The notes under the pieces: model-generated
Told to the model about the DNA's origin: nothing
The model's input: only the letters and a program-made list of their open reading frames with translations
Database searches by the model: none
Translations under genes and position numbers: made by a program
Part shown: positions 59,668 through 64,000 of the stretch, in pieces
How positions within the stretch are numbered: position 1 is the first letter of the stretch
Layout of the letters: every line of letters starts with the position of its first letter
Assembly (NCBI GenBank): GCA_963745835.1
Contig: CAVUZH010000003.1
Span: forward strand, 1,024,001 to 1,088,000
DNA: 64,000 bases
Reading direction: 5' to 3'
From: an uncultured delta proteobacterium
GTDB taxonomy: Bacteria > Desulfobacterota > Binatia > UBA9968

Positions 59668-60567
59668 TTAATCAGATAGTCGAACCCGGGCAGCCTCTGA
59701 AATAGCGACCACCGCCGGATGCTTAAGCTTGCGATCCAGAGAAATAGCATAAAACCGCTCGCGAATATTTCCCACCCGCCCGAGGTTTTTTACATCGTAT
59801 TCCCGTTGCATCTCGGCGCTGATAATCGAAGGGGCGACGAAGAGACCAAGACCTCGCGCTCCGAACACCTTCAAGAGAGCGCTGTCCTCAAATTCCGCAA
59901 TGATCATCGGCCGGATCTTTTCCGAATCGAACCATTGATCCAAAGAGCGGCGCACGGTGGTATTATGGGTAGGCAACAAAAAGGGCGCGCCATCGAGGGA
60001 CTGCGGAAAGCCGCGGCGGTAGGCATTGACCAATTTCTGTGTTCCGAACAGGATTAAACCACATTCTCCCAGTAAGTGATTGAATGCCTTGACGTTGACC
60101 GCAGGATCTATCGGAGCATCAGTCAGGACGACGTCGAGATCATGGACGGCTAGCGATGACAGCAAGTCACCGTTGCCACCCTCCCGGCAAATGATTCGAT
60201 ATGATTCTTTAAATGCCAGGGCAGGTTCGATCAACTTGTACGCAACTAACTTAGGCAACACATCCGCAACGCCAACAGTCAACCGGGCGACACGTCCCCC
60301 GGCACGGCCTTTAAGAGCGCCGGTCAACTCCCGCCCTAAAGAAAAGATCTCCTCGGCATACCGAAATACGAGCTTGCCCATATCGGTCAGAGTCAGATGC
60401 CTCCCGCTCTTGCGGAAAAGCTTCTCGCCGATGGCTAGCTCCAACGATTTGACTTGGGCGCTGACCGTGGCTTGAGTCAAGCGGAGTTCCTCGCCGGCGC
60501 GCGAAACGCTGCCGCAACGCGCCACGTTCCAGAAATAAAAAAGATGGTGATAGTTGAGCCATTCCAT
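59668..60567 (-). CDS. nhaR: LysR-family transcriptional activator, NhaR-like
   Basis: WLNYHHL.YFW, GVADVLPK, AEFEDSALLKVFG, RKLKHPAV motifs. Confidence 0.88.
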   Translation of the reverse strand: MEWLNYHHLFYFWNVARCGSVSRAGEELRLTQATVSAQVKSLELAIGEKLFRKSGRHLTLTDMGKLVFRYAEEIFSLGRELTGALKGRAGGRVARLTVGVADVLPKLVAYKLIEPALAFKESYRIICREGGNGDLLSSLAVHDLDVVLTDAPIDPAVNVKAFNHLLGECGLILFGTQKLVNAYRRGFPQSLDGAPFLLPTHNTTVRRSLDQWFDSEKIRPMIIAEFEDSALLKVFGARGLGLFVAPSIISAEMQREYDVKNLGRVGNIRERFYAISLDRKLKHPAVVAISEAARVRLSD

Positions 60568-60688
60568 AGGGCCTAGATGATAGTTCGATTTTTTCTATGG
60601 ATCAATATGAAATTATTAGTTTGTCGAATGATTGCGCCGGTCTTATGGTTAGACAGAAATCTGTGCGTCGCGAAAGGAAAGCAATGCC

Positions 60689-61117
60689 ATGTCAGCGATT
60701 CGCAACTTGTTTTCTTCAGAAGATAGCGGACGGCTTTTCGAACCCGATACTATTCTCAGCGCGCAATACTACGCATCTCATAAAGGTAGTCCGTATAAGC
60801 AGCCGGAGCTCCGCTTGATGGCTGCGGTACTCGAGGATGCGATCTCCTGCCTGTCGATAAAAACACGTTCCGCTACAGCGCGACAACGGAAACAAATTGA
60901 CAACGCCTGGGAGTGGTTGGCAGCAGAGGATGATAGCGAATGGATTTTCTCATTCAAGAACATTTGTGAGGCTTTAGGGATCGATCCAGCATACTTGCGC
61001 CGCGGCTTGATTCGGTGGAACGACGGAACAGAATCAGCTTCCGCCGGGGCCCCGCCAAGTGTTAGAACCGCATCCTCAGCGCGGCCGACAAAAATCAGGC
61101 TGCGCGCCGGCTCGTGA
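60689..61117 (+). CDS. Hypothetical protein
   Basis: ELRLMAAVLEDAI...W...FSF.NICEALGIDP.YLR helical motif; divergent from nhaR. Confidence 0.7.
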   Translation: MSAIRNLFSSEDSGRLFEPDTILSAQYYASHKGSPYKQPELRLMAAVLEDAISCLSIKTRSATARQRKQIDNAWEWLAAEDDSEWIFSFKNICEALGIDPAYLRRGLIRWNDGTESASAGAPPSVRTASSARPTKIRLRAGS

Positions 61118-61507
61118 CCGCCCGGAATCGGCCGCGCGCAATTCGACCGTAAACGCGAGTCACCCAATCACGAGAAGCTGGAAGATTCCAGCAAGCATAG
61201 CCTTAGGCCGTCCATCCGAGTCATACTACAAGCGCCATTTCGAATACATCGGGCACATTGGCAGCTGTACTGGGTACGCAAGATCCTCCTTGGCGCTCTT
61301 GATATCGCTTTTTGAGATCCTGGCCCGAGTTAATTTGCCTCAAGCTGCAGTTATCGTTTGTCGCGTCTAAATTTCAGCGCTCTAGATCATTCCACCTACA
61401 CGTTTCATGCCGGCGATAGAAAGACGCCGCGATTGTCTTGACATCGGGCGAAGCAGAACGATAGAACGAGCCTGTCATCGCTAAATGACTGGCCAAAGGA
61501 GACCGTT

Positions 61508-63040
61508 ATGTCGCCAATGTTTCGAAAACTCTGTCTGCTGATGTCGTTGACGTCGATCATCCTCATCGCTGGCGCGGAGCGGCCGTCAGCTCAGACCCGG
61601 GTTTCAATCGGCGTCACGGAAACGATTGAGACTCTCAATCCGTACGGCGACAGCGTCTCGCTCCTGTACGGTATTTGGAGCGAAATCACCGGACCGTTTT
61701 GCACCTACAATTATGACAAAGGAGATTTCGAAGGGCGCCTCGCCGAGCGTTGGAAGGTGGAGAACCCGAACACCTGGGTTTTCTATCTAAACAAAAGCTA
61801 TCGCTTCAACGACGGATCCGAAGTAACCGCCGACGACGTTGTCCATTCGATGATGAATCGGGTCATCAAGGATCCGCAATCCAAGCAGAAAGCATCGGTG
61901 GCGGGCCCCATCGTCAAAGCAGAGGCTGTCGATAAGCACACTGTAAGATTTACCACTGACAAACCTTCGGCGCCGCTGCTCGGTTTTGTTTGTGACCGGC
62001 TAATCGTGACGAGCAAGGCGATGTTCGACAAATTTGGCCGCGATGTCGCCGACAAGGAGCATATGCTTGGCGCAGGCCCATACCGGCTCAAGGAACTTAT
62101 TCCCGGCCAGCGTATGGTCATCGTCAAGCGTTCGGATCATCCGGAGGCGAAAAAACGTCCGAACGCCCCGGATGAAATCGTTTATCGCGTCATGCGCGAG
62201 ACCGAACAACGGGTCACCGCATTGCTCAACGGGGAAATTCAGATCGCTCAATTCATTCCACCGCACTTGCGACAGCGTGTCGAGAAATCGCCCAACTTAA
62301 AGATAATCCCCACCGACTCAGTGGAGATCATGTTTCTCGCCATGCAACCCAAGCCTCCCTTCGATAAAAAAGAAGTGCGCCAGGCGGTTTGTCATGCAAT
62401 CAACCGCGACCAGATCATCAGTACCCTGCTGGAGGGATTCGCCAGCCGTCTCGATGGACCCATCGGTCCCGGACAGTATGGTTACGATCCTAATTTGAAA
62501 CCGAAGTTGAGTTACGATCCGGAACGATCGAAGAAACTATTGGCGCAAGCGGGCTATCCTAACGGCGTTGATGTCGAGCTCCAGACTCCCGTAGGACGTT
62601 ATACCTTGGACAAACAACTGACCGAAGCGATGATCCCCATGCTAAATGCCGCTGGATTCCGCGCCAAACTCTCGACTCCCGAGTGGCCGACACTTTGGGC
62701 CAATGTTCAAAAGGGAACCGTGCCTTTTTATTACATGGGCCGTGGTTCGGTTCAGGATCCCAGCGCCGCGCTGCACCAGTACTTTCATTCTAAAGAGACG
62801 CCGCGGATCGGCTATTCTAATTCCAAGCTCGATGAACTCTTGGACAAGGAACAGGCCGAGTTCGATCCAAAAAAGCGCCGGCAACACCTGTCCGAGGCGA
62901 TGAGTCTCATCACCGAGGAAGCGCCGGCTTGTTTCATGTGGCGCCACAAACTTCTATGGGGCATGAACAATCGTATCGACTACAAACCGCTGCCGGATGC
63001 GCGGATCTTCGGCATGGATATCAAAGTGGTAAAAAAGTAG
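61508..63040 (+). CDS. ABC transporter substrate-binding protein, family 5 (peptide/nickel)
   Basis: Signal peptide, LAERW, F.DGS.VTADDV, GAGPY, VRQAV..AINR motifs. Confidence 0.92.
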   Translation: MSPMFRKLCLLMSLTSIILIAGAERPSAQTRVSIGVTETIETLNPYGDSVSLLYGIWSEITGPFCTYNYDKGDFEGRLAERWKVENPNTWVFYLNKSYRFNDGSEVTADDVVHSMMNRVIKDPQSKQKASVAGPIVKAEAVDKHTVRFTTDKPSAPLLGFVCDRLIVTSKAMFDKFGRDVADKEHMLGAGPYRLKELIPGQRMVIVKRSDHPEAKKRPNAPDEIVYRVMRETEQRVTALLNGEIQIAQFIPPHLRQRVEKSPNLKIIPTDSVEIMFLAMQPKPPFDKKEVRQAVCHAINRDQIISTLLEGFASRLDGPIGPGQYGYDPNLKPKLSYDPERSKKLLAQAGYPNGVDVELQTPVGRYTLDKQLTEAMIPMLNAAGFRAKLSTPEWPTLWANVQKGTVPFYYMGRGSVQDPSAALHQYFHSKETPRIGYSNSKLDELLDKEQAEFDPKKRRQHLSEAMSLITEEAPACFMWRHKLLWGMNNRIDYKPLPDARIFGMDIKVVKK

Positions 63041-63095
63041 CGGCTGCGATCTTAGTGGGTGAACTAGGAAAATTTTCTGGACCAAAGGCGCACGC

Positions 63096-63974
63096 ATGAC
63101 CGGAGAAAAATTCGTCGACGTAGACGGCATAAGAACACGCTATTTCGACAAAGGTGACGGACCGGTTGTCGTACTGTTTCACGGCGGCCATTTTGGTTCC
63201 AACGATGTGGCCGATTGCGCTGAAGACTGGGGCCTGAACTTTGACGGACTGGCTAAGTGGTTCCACGTTTATGCGGTAGACAAGATTGGCCAAGGCCATA
63301 CCGACAATCCTAAAACGGATGCCGATTACACGATGTCGACCGTGGTTCAGCACGCTTACGGTTTTCTTAAAGCTCTCAATCTGCGCAACGTCCATCCCGT
63401 AGGGCATTCCCGGGGCGCGTATTTGGTAGCCCGACTGACCTTGGAACATCCCGAGCTGTTCCGATCGTGTATTTTGGCCGACACGAATACGCTGGCGCCG
63501 GGCATCAGTAAAAACGAGACGGTGATGGCAAACCCGCCGTTGCCACGGCTGAGCCGAGAGAGTCAACGGTGGGTGCTGCAGCGGTACTCCTTCGCCTTTG
63601 AACACATCACCGAGGAATGGCTCGAGGCGATGATGCGGATTGCGGCGCTGCAGAAATACCAGGACGCGGTGACCAAGATGGAAAACACCGGTCTCAGGAC
63701 AATCCGCTTTCTACCCCATCTGGCTAGGCAGAAGGACGAAACGCTAGGATGGATTCGGGAGCGCGGCTTGGCCAAGCCGACCCTGCTGGTTTGGGGTTAC
63801 AACGATCCCACGGCGACGTTAGATCAAGGTCAGGCTTTGTTCGATCTGCTTGCGCGTAGTACGCCGGATTCGCGGATGCAGGTTTTCAACCGGGCCGGTC
63901 ATTTTACCTATCGGGAGCACCCGGTCGAATTCAATGAGTTGCTGCGATCGTTTATCCAGCGAAACATCGGGTAA
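63096..63974 (+). CDS. Alpha/beta-fold hydrolase
   Basis: HGG, GHSRG nucleophile elbow, WGYND, AGH motifs. Confidence 0.9.
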   Translation: MTGEKFVDVDGIRTRYFDKGDGPVVVLFHGGHFGSNDVADCAEDWGLNFDGLAKWFHVYAVDKIGQGHTDNPKTDADYTMSTVVQHAYGFLKALNLRNVHPVGHSRGAYLVARLTLEHPELFRSCILADTNTLAPGISKNETVMANPPLPRLSRESQRWVLQRYSFAFEHITEEWLEAMMRIAALQKYQDAVTKMENTGLRTIRFLPHLARQKDETLGWIRERGLAKPTLLVWGYNDPTATLDQGQALFDLLARSTPDSRMQVFNRAGHFTYREHPVEFNELLRSFIQRNIG

Positions 63975-64000
63975 ACGCGAACAGATGGCGAGAATTTCGT

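Overview
Bacterial chromosomal window, probably a Deltaproteobacteria-like lineage such as Ca. Binatia (inferred from gene content and style), that appears to span the replication terminus. The left arm is mostly on +: TCA and housekeeping genes (icd-mdh-sucCD-ndk-rlmN-mtnP-pfkB-GT2-ugd-uxs-galE-lepA-lepB), an Lhr helicase, a molybdoenzyme large subunit, a UbiD decarboxylase with a maleate-isomerase-like gene, and a methyltransferase; a dodecin and a sulfatase lie on -. The middle holds three tRNAs (Glu, Lys, Arg) flanked by two decayed tyrosine-integrase elements, an MBOAT/SGNH acylation pair, and an operon: heme-oxygenase-like diiron enzyme, cyclase, DapA-like aldolase, small ORF, SQR-family flavoprotein. 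The flavoprotein has an in-frame TGA exactly at its second catalytic Cys, followed by a well-placed bacterial SECIS-like hairpin, so it is a likely selenoprotein and the top finding. A 28-bp dif site with a KOPS octamer follows, and gene orientation then flips to mostly - (TPR, DUF151, miaB, coxE/coxD, purKE, tag, GH19, dnaE2, nhaR). Many genes carry single-base frameshifts that are most likely long-read errors. All calls come from reading motifs by eye; no searches were run.
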